From an uncultured Candidatus Binatia bacterium (lineage in GTDB: Bacteria; Desulfobacterota; Binatia; Bin18): 64,000 nt of DNA. The notes under the pieces were generated by a model that was not told the DNA's origin, did not search any database, and worked only from the letters and a program-made list of their open reading frames with translations. The DNA lies in contig OZ241744.1 in NCBI GenBank assembly GCA_965200965.1, positions 416,001-480,000 of the forward strand, in the 5' to 3' direction. This document shows, in pieces, positions 9,416-20,526 of this stretch. Within the stretch, counting starts at the first letter, position 1. Each line of letters begins with the position of its first letter. The position numbers and the translations under genes are program-made.

Positions 9416-11311
9416 TCAATCGGTGGACGCCAGCCGGCGGCCGGACGTGCGTAATACGTCCCGCCCTCTGTCTGATATGGATACCCGTCGCTGCCAGATG
9501 CCGCGGGTGTGGACATAGCCGAGCCGCTCTAAGCGACTGACGACCGCTCCCAGGCTTGTGGTCTGAAGGCCCAGCGTCCGGCCTAGCTCGGGCAGTGTTG
9601 TGGCCTGATGGACGGTGTGTTGCAGGACGGCGAGCCCGAGCGGGTCTTCGGTGGCCGTGGCCGGTCCCTGCCATCCCTCGGGCGTGAGAGCCAGGCTGAA
9701 AAAATCCGGCCCCCGCAGCGACCGCCGTCGGACTAGTCCGTGCGCTACCAGGTCCTCGACCAGACCATGCGCCCGGCTGCTGTCCACGGCCAGGAAGTCG
9801 ATGAGTTCGACCATATGGGTGTAGCCGTGCCGCAAAAGTTTGAGCATCTGCCGGTGCGAGTCGTTCAATACGGCCACCGCTGAGCCTTGCGCAGCCTGAG
9901 GTTGGGCGAGGGAAATGCCCACGATGAGCGGCAGCATAAGCGCGGTGCCGATGATGACCGTGTGGGTTGACCAGGGGAGGAGGCCGAGCAGGCGCAAGCC
10001 CTCGTGGATGAGCATACCGATCATGCCCAGCAGAGCCGCCCAAAATGCGCTGGCCGCGGTCATGCCGGACCAACTCCGGCCAAAAAAGAAGACCAGGGCT
10101 GCCGGTCCCAACAGCGCACAGCTGATCCCTAGCAGCAGGTACGGGCCGCCCGGATAAAAGCTCATGGCCCAGATGGCCACTCCGGTCAGCACGGTCAGGA
10201 TACGGCCCATGCGCAAAGCCTCGGTGCTCGATGCCTCGGGCCGCAGGAAGCGCTGATAGATATCGCGCACCAGGGTGGCGGTGATGCCCATATGCGCATT
10301 GCTGGTCGTTGAGATGGTGGCGGCAAAGGCGGTCACCAGACCCACAACGGTCAGGCCGGGCGGAAAATCCCGCAGCAACATGCCGTAAGCACTCATCGGG
10401 TTCGCCTGAGCCAGGAACTCCTGGCGGTACAGGCTGCCGGCGTACAGACCCAGCACACCCAGGGCGGCGTGGACGACCACGGCCACCAGTATGCCACCAA
10501 TCAGATATTGGTAGCAGGCTACTGCTTCGGTTCGAGCCGAGGCCGCCCGCAGCCAGTAGTAATTCCCACCCCACTGGATAAACATGCCGAGGACGAAAAA
10601 GACCGTCAGCATGCTCGGGTAGCTGAGTTGGAACACCGGAAATGTGCCGTGTATACCCTGGCTCAGCGGGGAATTGGTCACAAACGCGGTCTGAATGCTG
10701 TCCCGGCCGCCAAAGGTCCAGACGCAATACCCGGCCAGTGCTGGAACGAGGAGAAAGCCGAGCACCACCTGGACCACATCGGTCAGCGTTAAGGCCCACA
10801 GGCCGCCCAAGATGATGAAGATCACATGACCGAGCAGCACCAGGCTGATCATCAGCCACAGGGGGGCGTCCAGAAAGCCGACCAGAATGAGAGCCATAGC
10901 CACAATGTTCATGGCCACGACTCCGGTCAGGCCGATCAGCGAGGCAATGCTGACGACGAGCCGGGTGCGGGCGTCAAAGCGGACTTCCAGCCACTCGGGC
11001 AGGGTATAGGCCCCGCTGCGGCGGATGTAGGGACTGGCCAGCAGACCGTAGATACTGTAGCCGAGCAGCATCGGCAGGGTGACGCCCCAGAGCCAGCCCA
11101 CGAAACCGTACTGGATCGTCAGGCCAGGAATGATGCTGGTCACACTGCCGGCAAAGGCCACCCCGCAGATGCCGGCCACCCCGGGAATGATACTCACCTG
11201 GCGGCCGGCCAGCAGGTAGTCGGAATCGGTCGTTACCCAGCGTTTGGCGTACCAGCCCAAAAACCACAGCAGGGCGATAAAGATCAGGACGGAGATGCCG
11301 GAGAGAAGCAT
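9416..11311 (-). CDS. sodium:solute symporter (SLC5/SSS) with C-terminal tandem winged-helix domains
   Basis: DYLLAGR, YTLPEWLEVRF, GGLWALTLTDVVQ, AATISTT, RDIYQR; about 150-aa soluble tail with two MarR-like wHTH patterns. Confidence 0.8.
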   Translation of the reverse strand: MLLSGISVLIFIALLWFLGWYAKRWVTTDSDYLLAGRQVSIIPGVAGICGVAFAGSVTSIIPGLTIQYGFVGWLWGVTLPMLLGYSIYGLLASPYIRRSGAYTLPEWLEVRFDARTRLVVSIASLIGLTGVVAMNIVAMALILVGFLDAPLWLMISLVLLGHVIFIILGGLWALTLTDVVQVVLGFLLVPALAGYCVWTFGGRDSIQTAFVTNSPLSQGIHGTFPVFQLSYPSMLTVFFVLGMFIQWGGNYYWLRAASARTEAVACYQYLIGGILVAVVVHAALGVLGLYAGSLYRQEFLAQANPMSAYGMLLRDFPPGLTVVGLVTAFAATISTTSNAHMGITATLVRDIYQRFLRPEASSTEALRMGRILTVLTGVAIWAMSFYPGGPYLLLGISCALLGPAALVFFFGRSWSGMTAASAFWAALLGMIGMLIHEGLRLLGLLPWSTHTVIIGTALMLPLIVGISLAQPQAAQGSAVAVLNDSHRQMLKLLRHGYTHMVELIDFLAVDSSRAHGLVEDLVAHGLVRRRSLRGPDFFSLALTPEGWQGPATATEDPLGLAVLQHTVHQATTLPELGRTLGLQTTSLGAVVSRLERLGYVHTRGIWQRRVSISDRGRDVLRTSGRRLASTD

Positions 11312-11334
11312 GACGATACCTTGCCGGCCGGGGC

Positions 11335-11940
11335 CTAATGTGACACCCGGGCGCGGGACTGGTCAACATAGCGTTGCAGCATCATCTGCATCGTCTCAGC
11401 CGGCTGAATGCCAATCAGGGGGAACTCGCCAAGCATGAAGGTCGGATAGCCGACGACGCCGAAGGCGCTCGCCTCGGCTTCGGTCTCTTGCACCCGTTGG
11501 CTGAAGGTTCCGGCCCGCAGGGCGTCTTCAAACTCGGCGACGGGGAGTTCGAGAGCTTCAACTACCTCAAGCAAGGTCGCCCGCTCGCCAATATCCCGGC
11601 CCGCCTCGTATATCGCGCTGAACAGGCTGTGGTGGTAGGCGACAAACCTGCCCTGAGCCCTGGCAAACTCCGCCCCTTCGAGGGCGGCGGCCGAGTCGAG
11701 CCAGCGGTCCGGCACCCGCAGTTCAACTCCGGTCTCACGCGCAACCCGGAGAATTTTGCCTCTGGCTTCATCACCGATCATTTCGCCGTTCTTCCAGCCG
11801 TGGTGGCGGCGCGTGATCTGGACGCCTTTCCACAGCAGCTCAATGTCGAGTTGGCCGTCGAGCTGTTCCATCACCTTTTTGGCTATATAACACAGGGATG
11901 ACGCAAAGTCGTAATAGATTGGGATGATGACCCTGGGCAT
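11335..11940 (-). CDS. DsbA/HCCA-isomerase-like thioredoxin-fold protein
   Basis: [18 protein letters not shown] cis-Pro motif, GIQP. Confidence 0.8.
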   Translation of the reverse strand: MPRVIIPIYYDFASSLCYIAKKVMEQLDGQLDIELLWKGVQITRRHHGWKNGEMIGDEARGKILRVARETGVELRVPDRWLDSAAALEGAEFARAQGRFVAYHHSLFSAIYEAGRDIGERATLLEVVEALELPVAEFEDALRAGTFSQRVQETEAEASAFGVVGYPTFMLGEFPLIGIQPAETMQMMLQRYVDQSRARVSH

Positions 11941-12060
11941 TGGGGGATTCCTCGCGCTGGCTCGTCGCACACTACCGCCCGGAGCGTTGCCCCGGCAAGA
12001 GGTGTGGCCTGGACGCTGGAATTGTCTGGAATCATCGGCCCTCCGTGGAGAAGGATCGCC

Positions 12061-13101
12061 ATGAAAGTCGGACTTGTTGGGTTTGCCCGGTGTGGAAAAA
12101 CGACGATTTTTAACGCCCTGACCGGGCTGAGTGCCGATGTCGGCGGTTTTGATGCACGGGCGGCCATCGCGGTCGTCAAAGTCCCCGACCCGCGGGTTGA
12201 CGCCCTGGCCGACATCGTTACACCAGAGCAAAAAAAGTACGCCGAGGTCAGCTTTCTCGATTTTCCGCCCTCGGCAGAGCGAAAGGCCGCGCTCGATACC
12301 CGCTCGCTGGCCCAGATGCGCGAGCTTGAAGCCTTGGCCCAGGTGGTGCGGGCTTTTGATGACCCTGCGGCGACCGTGCTGGCCGACCCGCTGCGCGATT
12401 TGCGCGGGTTTCACGCTGAGTTGATTCTGGCCGACATGGGCGTTGTTGAGAAACGCCTTGAACGCCTGCGCAAAGAGCGGGGCAGGGAGCGCGAGCAAGC
12501 GCTGTTAGAAAAGTGTTCCCGCATCCTGGAACAGGAGAAACCGCTGCGCGGGGAGTCCTTCCTGCCCGAGGAGCAGCTCGCCTTGGCCGGCTTTGCCTTG
12601 CTGAGCCACAAGCCGCTGCTCGTGGTCTACAATGTTGAGGAGCGCGCGTTGCAGAGCCCCCTGCCGGCGGACATTGCCGCCTATGCCGAAGACAACGGTC
12701 TGCGCATTATTCCTGTCTGCGGCAAGCTTGAGATGGAGATTGCTCAGCTTGACGAAGACGAGCGCGACCTGTTTGTGGCCGACCTCGGGCTGGAGCAGTC
12801 GGCCCGTGACCGCTTTATTCGGGCTGCCTATGCAACTCTCAATCTGCTGAGCTTTTTTACCGCCGGACCGAGCGAAGCCCGCGCCTGGACCGTCACGCGG
12901 GGGACGACCGCGGTCAGGGCGGCGGGGAAGATTCACTCGGATATCGAGCGTGGCTTTATCCGGGCCGAGGTCATTGACTACAACGATTATCTGACCTGCC
13001 GGGGCGAGGTCGGCTGTCGACAGGCCGGCAAGATGCGCCTTGAGGGCAAGGACTATGTGGTGCGCGATGGGGATGTGGTGCATTTTCGGTTTAAGGTCTA
13101 G
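12061..13101 (+). CDS. ychF: YchF/Obg-like ATPase
   Basis: [46 protein letters not shown]. Confidence 0.9.
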   Translation: MKVGLVGFARCGKTTIFNALTGLSADVGGFDARAAIAVVKVPDPRVDALADIVTPEQKKYAEVSFLDFPPSAERKAALDTRSLAQMRELEALAQVVRAFDDPAATVLADPLRDLRGFHAELILADMGVVEKRLERLRKERGREREQALLEKCSRILEQEKPLRGESFLPEEQLALAGFALLSHKPLLVVYNVEERALQSPLPADIAAYAEDNGLRIIPVCGKLEMEIAQLDEDERDLFVADLGLEQSARDRFIRAAYATLNLLSFFTAGPSEARAWTVTRGTTAVRAAGKIHSDIERGFIRAEVIDYNDYLTCRGEVGCRQAGKMRLEGKDYVVRDGDVVHFRFKV

Positions 13102-14162
13102 GCCGACTGCTGGGCGTAGTCCTGGCGGTAGATTTTGACAAACGCCATAATCGTTCCGAGGACGACCGGCCCGAGGAACATCCCCAGAAATCCATACGCT
13201 TGCAGCCCGCCCAGAATCCCGAAGAACAGAAACACGGTCGGCAGCTTGGCCCGCCCACCGATGATGAGCGGCTTCAGAAAATTATCTACCATGCTGATCA
13301 CCAACGTGCCGTACAGCAGCAGGCCGATTGCCTGGCCCCACAGGCCGGAGATGGCCAGATAGGCCGCGCAGGGCAGCCACACCGCGGCGGCCCCGCCTAT
13401 TGGCAGCATGGCACAAAAGGCCGACAGACAGGCCAGAAAAAAGCTGAACGACAGATCGACCGCCCAAAACCCAATCCCGGCCAGCACGCCCTGGGTCGCC
13501 GCGGTGGCGACCATGCCCTGGACCACCGCTGACACGGTGTCGTACAGCCGGGTGAAAATCGCCTCCTTATGGCCCGGCTCCATCGGCAGCAGGTCGCGGA
13601 TAGTGTGATACAGTTCCTCGCCGTCCCGGAACAGAAAAAACAGGCTGAAGCTCATCACCACAAAGCCGAAGAGAAAGCGGAACACATTTTGGGCCACGTT
13701 TCTCAATTGTTCCAGGATGTACTGACTCAAGGCGTTAGCACCCGCCAGCACCAGCCCCGGCAGGTCAATATCAAAGGCTTCGACCTGTGGCCCCCAGCTT
13801 TGCCACACCTGGCCCAGAGACGTATCCTGCCATCTCGACAGGGTGCGTTGCAGCTCGCCCGACTGCACGGCCTGGCGGACCTGGCGATAGAACTCGGCCA
13901 CCTCCTGGGCCAGCACGCCGGAGAACAGCACAACCGGAACCGCAACCAGCATCACCACAAAGAGCGTCATGCCCAGCGCGGCCAGCGTGCGCTGGCCCCG
14001 ACACAGGCGCAACACCAGTCTGTAGAGGGGATAGAAGGTCAGGACCAGAATGACGGTCCACACGAGTGGGACTAAGAAGATCGCAAACAGGGCGTAGAGT
14101 TGAAACAGGAGAAAGATAAAGGCGGCAAAGAAAAACGCGGCAAACAACAGTTGTCGATTCAC
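13098..14162 (-). CDS. AI-2E family transporter
   Basis: multi-TM; FFLFRDG, DNFLKPLIIG, GGLQAYGFLGMFLGPVV. Confidence 0.9.
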   Translation of the reverse strand: MNRQLLFAAFFFAAFIFLLFQLYALFAIFLVPLVWTVILVLTFYPLYRLVLRLCRGQRTLAALGMTLFVVMLVAVPVVLFSGVLAQEVAEFYRQVRQAVQSGELQRTLSRWQDTSLGQVWQSWGPQVEAFDIDLPGLVLAGANALSQYILEQLRNVAQNVFRFLFGFVVMSFSLFFLFRDGEELYHTIRDLLPMEPGHKEAIFTRLYDTVSAVVQGMVATAATQGVLAGIGFWAVDLSFSFFLACLSAFCAMLPIGGAAAVWLPCAAYLAISGLWGQAIGLLLYGTLVISMVDNFLKPLIIGGRAKLPTVFLFFGILGGLQAYGFLGMFLGPVVLGTIMAFVKIYRQDYAQQSA

Positions 14163-14302
14163 GGCAGAATTGTCGTCTACTTGCGGCGCGCTTGCAAGGC
14201 CGGGCCGTGTGCAGCATATGTCCCCCCGAGCAAAGCGAGCGGCGCTTGGGCCTGTCCAGCCTCTTTCATTCCCCCTCGCCCTCCTGTAGCCTGTGACACC
14301 CG

Positions 14303-15941
14303 ATGAGGATCAGACGAATGCCTGAGCTGCAAAACGCCCCCGCTGTCCCTTCTCCTGTCCGGTGGAACCGCCTGATGAGGGACGGTAATCTGTACGCGGT
14401 GGCCTGCATCTGTCTGCTTCTCGTTGCCGCCGGCCTGCGCTTCTACGATCTGTCAGAACGTACTTTGTGGTATGACGAGGCTGTAGCGGCCAATAATTCA
14501 AATGGTACATTGAGACAGGCCGTCTTCTATACTCGCCATGGCAATACCTCGCCGATACTCTACCCCCTTATCTTGTGGGTGATTCAGAAAGTCGAAAGCT
14601 CGCCGTTCAGCGTGCGTATGGTGCCGGCCGCGGCGGGCGTTCTGATGATAGCAACGCTTCTCTTCCTGCTGCCCCGCGTCGGCGTCAGCCGCAGGGCCGC
14701 GTTTCTAGCGGCCCTGCTGGCGACTGGTTCCAGCGGGGCAGTAGGCGAAGCCCGAGAGGTGCGGGAATATTCTGTTGACGCGCTCGTGGCCGCGCTGCTG
14801 ATAATCGGCCTGCTGGCACATCTCAGAATCGGGGGGGGGGGCAAGAAAGAGCGCTCTCCTGTGCGTGTCTCTCTTTGTAGCGCCCTTGGTTCAGTATGGC
14901 TTGGTTCTTTTCAGCCTCGCAGTCATTGCGACTGGCGGAGTTGAGCGATTTGTATTATTCCAAAGAGAAGCGGGGTCACGCACGAGGCGGCCGCGTTCCA
15001 GCAGGCGGAGGAGGCGGCCTGCTGCCGGTTTGATGTGGATATGTAAAGACCTTTGCCTGCCCGGCGTGTGCTTCGCCGTGGGATGCGCCATAAGCTGGAT
15101 GATTACCTTGCGTTTTCAATTAGATGAGCGCGAGCGGGTCATGGGCTACTTGTCAAGATATTATTACGAGGGAGCCTGGAATGATATCAGGGCGATTCTC
15201 GATTTTGCGCTCTCTCGAACATGGGATCTGTTGACGTGGAGCCTATCGGAAATAGGCTCGATAGTGGCTCTGACCGCGTTGGGGACGGCGTTCCTCATCG
15301 CCGCCTTCAGGCGCTTGCGCGTTGGGACGCTTCCGCTCCTGTTCGCGTTTTCCCTTGCAATAGCAGTGTCCGCGGCGGTGCTGCGGCTGTACCCTCTCAG
15401 TGACACACGTCACTCAGTGCATTTGGCCCCTGTCATTTTCGTGACCTGTGGTCAAGCGATTCATTTCGTGGCGATCAATCTGCCTTTGCTCGCGCGCCGG
15501 GCCTGGGTGGCTTTGACTGTGGGGCTAATCGTCCTCGCCCAGGCAAATACCCTCATTGGCAGCAGTGTATACCAACCCCGTAGAGAGAACAAAGCTGTGC
15601 TCCGTATTCTGGAAGAGAGGGTGACGAGAGATGATATAGTGTATATATCCGCCGGTTCAGTTCCGACCATATTGTTTTATCAAAAAGAGAGACGGGGCAA
15701 TTACTACTACGGAAGTCGCTGCACCTGGGGAGGAGCCGAAGCATGTATACAGGAATTGCTCAAGCTCCCCCAGGACAGGAGAGTCTGGTTAGTTTTTCTC
15801 CAGGAGGGAGGCATAATAATACAGAAAGAATTGGAGCGCCTGGAAGAACGAGGGGATGTTGAGCGCATCGTGACTGATCTCTGGCTTACTTCCAATATCC
15901 ACTCGGTCGCGGAAGTCAGCCTGGAGGGCTCACCGGAATGA
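14303..15941 (+). CDS. GT-C/ArnT-PMT-like membrane glycosyltransferase, split by a frameshift at a G11 tract
   Basis: LRFYDL..TLWYDE, PILYPLI, REVREYS motifs; ORFs 14303-14944 and 14865-15941 join if G11 (14831-14841) were G10. Confidence 0.7.
14831..14841 (+). repeat. poly-G11 homopolymer at the frameshift
   Basis: 11 consecutive G. Confidence 0.9.
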
Positions 15942-17281
15942 CCAAGCCCTCCCGGCCCCATATCGCGGTTATCGGCGGCGGCTTCTGTGGTCTGGCCGCG
16001 GCTTATGAACTCGGCCGGCTGGGTATCCGCGCCACTGTGCTGGAGCGCGAGGCCGAAGTCGGCGGGCTGGCCGGCAGCTTTGCCGTCGGCGGTACGCGCT
16101 TGGAGAAATTCTACCACCACTGGTACGCCCATGAGGCCCACGTCAGGCAGCTCATTGAGGAGTTGGGTACCGCGGACCGGGTGCTGTTGCGCCCTATACG
16201 CACCGGCACCTACTACGCCCACTCCTTCTTCAAGCTCTCAACGCCGCTGGACCTCCTGCGCTTCTCGGCCCTGCCGTTCCCGGACCGCATCCGGCTCGGG
16301 CTGCTGGTCTTGCGTTCGCGCTGGGTGCGGGACTGGCGCAGCCTTGAAGACCGCACGGCCGCGGACTGGCTGCGGGAGATGGGCGGCGAACGGGTCTATC
16401 GGGTGGTCTGGGAGCCGCTCCTGCGGGGGAAGTTCGGCGACTTGGCGGAAGAAGTCGCCGCGGTCTGGTTCTGGAACAAGCTCAAGCTGCGGGGCGGCAG
16501 CCGCGGCAAGGGCGGAGCGGAACAGCTCGCCTACTATCGGGGCGGCTTTGCCGCGCTGGCCGAGACGCTGGCCGAAGCCATCCGGGCCGCTGGCGGAGAG
16601 ATCCGCACCAGCACCCAGGCCGTCGGCTTGCAGGGAGCGGCCGGCCGGGTGACCGGAGTGGTCACGCCAGAAGCGGTCCTGGGTGCCGACGGGGTGATTG
16701 CGACGACGGCGTTGCCAATTGTCGCCGACCTTGTTGAACCGCATGTCCCGGGCGCGTATGTCAAGCACCTGCGGCGCATCCGCTACTTGGCCAATGTGTG
16801 TGTTGTCCTGGAACTGGACCGCAGTCTGTCAGACCTGTACTGGCTGAACATCAACGACCCCGGCTTCCCCTTTGTCGGGGCCATTGAGCACACCAATTTT
16901 GAACCGGCCTCAACCTACGCCGGCCGGCATATCGTATACCTGTCGCGCTATCTGCCCGAGACCGACCCTTTTTACCACATGCCAGAGCCGGCCGCGGTCG
17001 CCTTTACCCTTGACCATCTGCGGCGGATGTTCCCCGAGCTGACGGACGATTGGGTCCTGGCTGCCCACATCTGGCGCGCCCGCTACGCGCAACCCGTGGT
17101 TGAGCGGGGCTATCGTCGGCTGATTCCAGGGACGCGCACACCGGTGGCGAACCTGTGGCTGGCGAGCATGGCGCAGGTCTATCCACAGGACCGGGGCACG
17201 AACTATGCGATCCAACAGGGCCGGGAGCTTGCCCGCACGGTCGCCGCGGGTCTGGGTGCCGACTGTGTGGCCACGCCCTAG
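15938..17281 (+). CDS. FAD-dependent oxidoreductase (amine oxidase/protoporphyrinogen oxidase-like)
   Basis: IGGGFCG, GGLAGSF, LEKFYHH, YAQPV, VYPQDRGTNYA; overlaps GT stop (ATGA). Confidence 0.85.
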   Translation: MTKPSRPHIAVIGGGFCGLAAAYELGRLGIRATVLEREAEVGGLAGSFAVGGTRLEKFYHHWYAHEAHVRQLIEELGTADRVLLRPIRTGTYYAHSFFKLSTPLDLLRFSALPFPDRIRLGLLVLRSRWVRDWRSLEDRTAADWLREMGGERVYRVVWEPLLRGKFGDLAEEVAAVWFWNKLKLRGGSRGKGGAEQLAYYRGGFAALAETLAEAIRAAGGEIRTSTQAVGLQGAAGRVTGVVTPEAVLGADGVIATTALPIVADLVEPHVPGAYVKHLRRIRYLANVCVVLELDRSLSDLYWLNINDPGFPFVGAIEHTNFEPASTYAGRHIVYLSRYLPETDPFYHMPEPAAVAFTLDHLRRMFPELTDDWVLAAHIWRARYAQPVVERGYRRLIPGTRTPVANLWLASMAQVYPQDRGTNYAIQQGRELARTVAAGLGADCVATP

Positions 17282-17700
17282 GCTGTCCGGGCAAACAACG
17301 CTTGCCACGCTCCCCCGGCCAGGGCGGCGATGAAATCCCGGTCGCCGGCCAGAAAGTCATAGTCGGGCAGATGCTGGGGTTTGACCCAGGCCACAGCTTC
17401 GAAGACCCGGTTGCGGGCGACCCCGGTGTATGACGGCACATGAAAAAAGGTGAGAGCAACACGGCGTCCGTTGGGATAGGGGTGCTGGGTGCGTAGCATC
17501 ACCCTGCCGATGGTGGCGGTGATGCCGAGTTCTTCTTGCAACTCGCGTCGCAGACAGGCCGCGGCGCTCTCGCCGTCCTCGGCCTTGCCGCCCGGAAATT
17601 CCCACTTGAGCCCCTGCTGAGCGTCGGCCCTCCGCTGGCAGATCAATATCCGTGAGCCACGGGTCAGTACGCCAACAGAGACACGAACAGCCCCGGCCAC
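17278..17700 (-). CDS. MutT-like Nudix pyrophosphohydrolase
   Basis: WEFPGGKAEDGES..CLRRELQEELG Nudix box. Confidence 0.85.
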   Translation of the reverse strand: MAGAVRVSVGVLTRGSRILICQRRADAQQGLKWEFPGGKAEDGESAAACLRRELQEELGITATIGRVMLRTQHPYPNGRRVALTFFHVPSYTGVARNRVFEAVAWVKPQHLPDYDFLAGDRDFIAALAGGAWQALFARTA

Positions 17701-17703
17701 GGC

Positions 17704-18537
17704 CTAGTTGAGCTGCGCCATGGTGCGGACCATGATCGCTCGCACCGCCTTGGCGTCGTCGGCTTTCGGTGCCAACTGGAGGTAGCGCTGAAAGTCGCGC
17801 ACCGCTGACTGCTGATGACCCATGCGGTGATGGATGGCACCCCGGTCGCGGACCTCGACCGGGTGGTCGGGAGCCACCAACAGGATGCGCTCCACCACAC
17901 TCAGGGCACGCTCGAAGTCCTCTCTCTGGGTGTAAATCTGTTTCAGATTGCGCAACATACGCAGCAGAATATCTTTTTTACCGACCGGGGCGAGGAGCTT
18001 GGGGAGTTGATCAATGAACGGGTTGTGCGGGCCGTACATGCTCCGCAGTTTGTCCGCCATCTGCTCCTGGCTGACCGTGCCGCCACCCTGGAAGGGGTCA
18101 AGGACGGTCTCGCCGTCCGGCCCCTCGTACTTGACCACAAAGTGACCGGGAAAGCCGACCCCAACGAGCGGCACACCAAGACGCTTGCCAACCTCAATGT
18201 ACACCAGCGAGAGTGTAATCGGAATGCCGAGCTTGCGGTCAAGAACTTCATTGAGAAAACTGTTGCGCGGGTCGTGGTAGTCGGTCTGGTTGCCGGCCAA
18301 GCCCTCTTCCTGAAACAGGACCGTGTTCAGGGCCCGGATGATATCGGCAAGGCTTGGGGCTTCGGACAGGCGGGAACGGACGCTGGCCGCCAGCGCGTCG
18401 AGACGCTCGAGATAGGCCGCAATATCCAACTCGGGCTGTTCTTCCTGGGCGATCAACAGGGCGGCTTCGGCCAGATTCAGGTCTTCTTCCGGGCCGGACA
18501 CCAATTCTTTGAAACGGGCGCGGGCGGGTGAGGGCAT
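17704..18537 (-). CDS. SirB1-like transglutaminase-core/TPR protein
   Basis: YHDPRNSFLN.VLDRKLGIPITLS, FPGHF, RMLRNLK, EVRDRG. Confidence 0.88.
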   Translation of the reverse strand: MPSPARARFKELVSGPEEDLNLAEAALLIAQEEQPELDIAAYLERLDALAASVRSRLSEAPSLADIIRALNTVLFQEEGLAGNQTDYHDPRNSFLNEVLDRKLGIPITLSLVYIEVGKRLGVPLVGVGFPGHFVVKYEGPDGETVLDPFQGGGTVSQEQMADKLRSMYGPHNPFIDQLPKLLAPVGKKDILLRMLRNLKQIYTQREDFERALSVVERILLVAPDHPVEVRDRGAIHHRMGHQQSAVRDFQRYLQLAPKADDAKAVRAIMVRTMAQLN

Positions 18538-18657
18538 AGGCACCTCTCTTTTACTGTTTTTCTCCCTGTATACTGCTTTGGGCCTCGGGCGTGCAAGAGC
18601 AGGGAGCGCTTGTGTGTCGGCCCTGAGCCGGATACACCAACAGCACAGGAGGACGCG

Positions 18658-19938
18658 ATGGCACTGGCACGGATTCCACGCTATGCGGCAACGGGGATGA
18701 GTCTGCTCTCGTTTGACAGCCTGCCTTCGGGGGTGACGGCCGAGGTCGTGCCGCTCAAGGCTGCCGACCGGGGCGAGTCAAAAGGGGTGTTGTACACCCG
18801 GGGCGGAGAAAGAACGGTGGTGTGTCTGATGCACCCGCGGGCCGATATGAGCCGCCACTATGCGATTCCATCTCTGCTGGAGGCCGGCTATGCCGCGTTT
18901 GGCCAGGAGGGCCGCTGGCCCAATAATGACATTGCCTGTTTGCATGAGATGCTGCTGCCGGATATTGCGGCCGGGGTCAGCTATCTCAAACACGAACGGG
19001 GCTTTCAGCGCGTGGTGTTCATTGGCAACAGCGGGGGTGGCTCGCTGTACAGCTTCTATCAGGCCCAGGCGGTGACTCAGCCGCCCGGGCGGCTGACCGT
19101 GACCCCGGCCGGCGACCCCTACGACCTGAACCGCTTTGAGCTGCCGCCGGGCGACGGCCTGATTATGCTGGCCGCCCACCTCGGCGAGGGCACATTCATG
19201 CAGACGGCTCTTGATCCGTCGGTGACAGATGAGGACGACCCGCTGTCGTGCGACCCCGAGCTGGATATGTACAACCCGGCCAACGGCTTTCGTGAGCCGT
19301 CCCAGCCGAGTGTGTACAGCCCGGAGTTTGTCCAGCGCTACCGGGCCGCTCAGACCGCCCGGGTCGCCCGGATTGATGCCATTGCCAAACGTTTTATTGA
19401 AGAGCAGCGCTATTTTCGTGACCTGATACGCCAAGACAATTTTGACGGCCTCGCACTGGACACCCGCACCTTTATCAGCCGCCGGTCGCTGGTTGGCCGC
19501 TATATGGCAATCCATCGGACCGAAGCCAACCTGAGCTATACCGACCCGTCTCTTCACCCCTCAGCGCGTGACTATGGCTCGCTGTGGTCGCCCCGACCGG
19601 ACCTGTTTAATTATACGGAGGCCGGTTTTGCCAAATATCAGACCCCCCGGGCGTGGCTCAGCAACTGGTCGGGTTTGTCGGCTCATGCCTCGGTGCTGGA
19701 CACTATCTGTCAGGTGAGCATCCCCACCCTGGTCATCAACCATAGCGGCGACCATGCTATTTATCCGGCTGACTCTGAAGCCGCGTATCGCGCCTCCGCG
19801 GCCAGCGATAAACAACTCCACCACGTTGACGCCGATCATTTTGGCTATCCCCTGCCGTCCACACCCAACCGGGGCGGTCGCAACGCCTCGCTCAAGCTCA
19901 TTACGGAGTGGCTCAAAGAACGCTTCCCCGGCCGCTGA
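18658..19938 (+). CDS. alpha/beta hydrolase
   Basis: GNSGGG nucleophile elbow, C-terminal D and H (SGDH, ADHFG); AGGAGG RBS. Confidence 0.8.
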   Translation: MALARIPRYAATGMSLLSFDSLPSGVTAEVVPLKAADRGESKGVLYTRGGERTVVCLMHPRADMSRHYAIPSLLEAGYAAFGQEGRWPNNDIACLHEMLLPDIAAGVSYLKHERGFQRVVFIGNSGGGSLYSFYQAQAVTQPPGRLTVTPAGDPYDLNRFELPPGDGLIMLAAHLGEGTFMQTALDPSVTDEDDPLSCDPELDMYNPANGFREPSQPSVYSPEFVQRYRAAQTARVARIDAIAKRFIEEQRYFRDLIRQDNFDGLALDTRTFISRRSLVGRYMAIHRTEANLSYTDPSLHPSARDYGSLWSPRPDLFNYTEAGFAKYQTPRAWLSNWSGLSAHASVLDTICQVSIPTLVINHSGDHAIYPADSEAAYRASAASDKQLHHVDADHFGYPLPSTPNRGGRNASLKLITEWLKERFPGR

Positions 19939-20021
19939 AAAACCCCATTCCGCTCGCTTGACTTTGACCCGGCATCCGGCCTAGAGTCCAGGCAGACCAA
20001 GCACACCGGGAGGTACGCACT

Positions 20022-20420
20022 ATGAGCGCAGAAAACAACAAACAACTCATCCAGAACATGTTTGCCGAGCTGTCGAAGGGCAATGCCGAGGCCTTCCTGG
20101 GGAATATGGCCGATGATGTAGAGTTCACTCTTATCGGCTCAACCAGATACTCCGGGACGTTCAACGGCAAAAAAGAGTTGATCGAAAAGCTGCTCACTCC
20201 TCTCAGTACCCAGCTCGAGAGCGGTATCACCATTACCCCGAGCAATTTCATTGCCGATGGCGACTTTGTGGCCATGCAGGCCAAGGGCAAATCAACCACC
20301 AAGTCCGGCAAGCCGTATGACAACACCTACTGCCAAGTCTTTCAGGTGGTGAACGGGAAAGTCCAGCGGGTAACTGAGTATCTGGACACCGAGCTGGTGA
20401 CCGAGGCGTTTGGCAAGTAG
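20022..20420 (+). CDS. NTF2/SnoaL-like protein
   Basis: MSAENNK..., GKPYDNTYC, EYLDT. Confidence 0.85.
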   Translation: MSAENNKQLIQNMFAELSKGNAEAFLGNMADDVEFTLIGSTRYSGTFNGKKELIEKLLTPLSTQLESGITITPSNFIADGDFVAMQAKGKSTTKSGKPYDNTYCQVFQVVNGKVQRVTEYLDTELVTEAFGK

Positions 20421-20526
20421 GCCGGCTTTCTCCTCCCCCAGAGGGCGGGAGGCCCGGCCTGACGGCGGCTTCGTGACCAGCAGTGAGCGGCTGGGGGGAA
20501 CCTTTCTCCAGCGTGGATGGAGGGGT

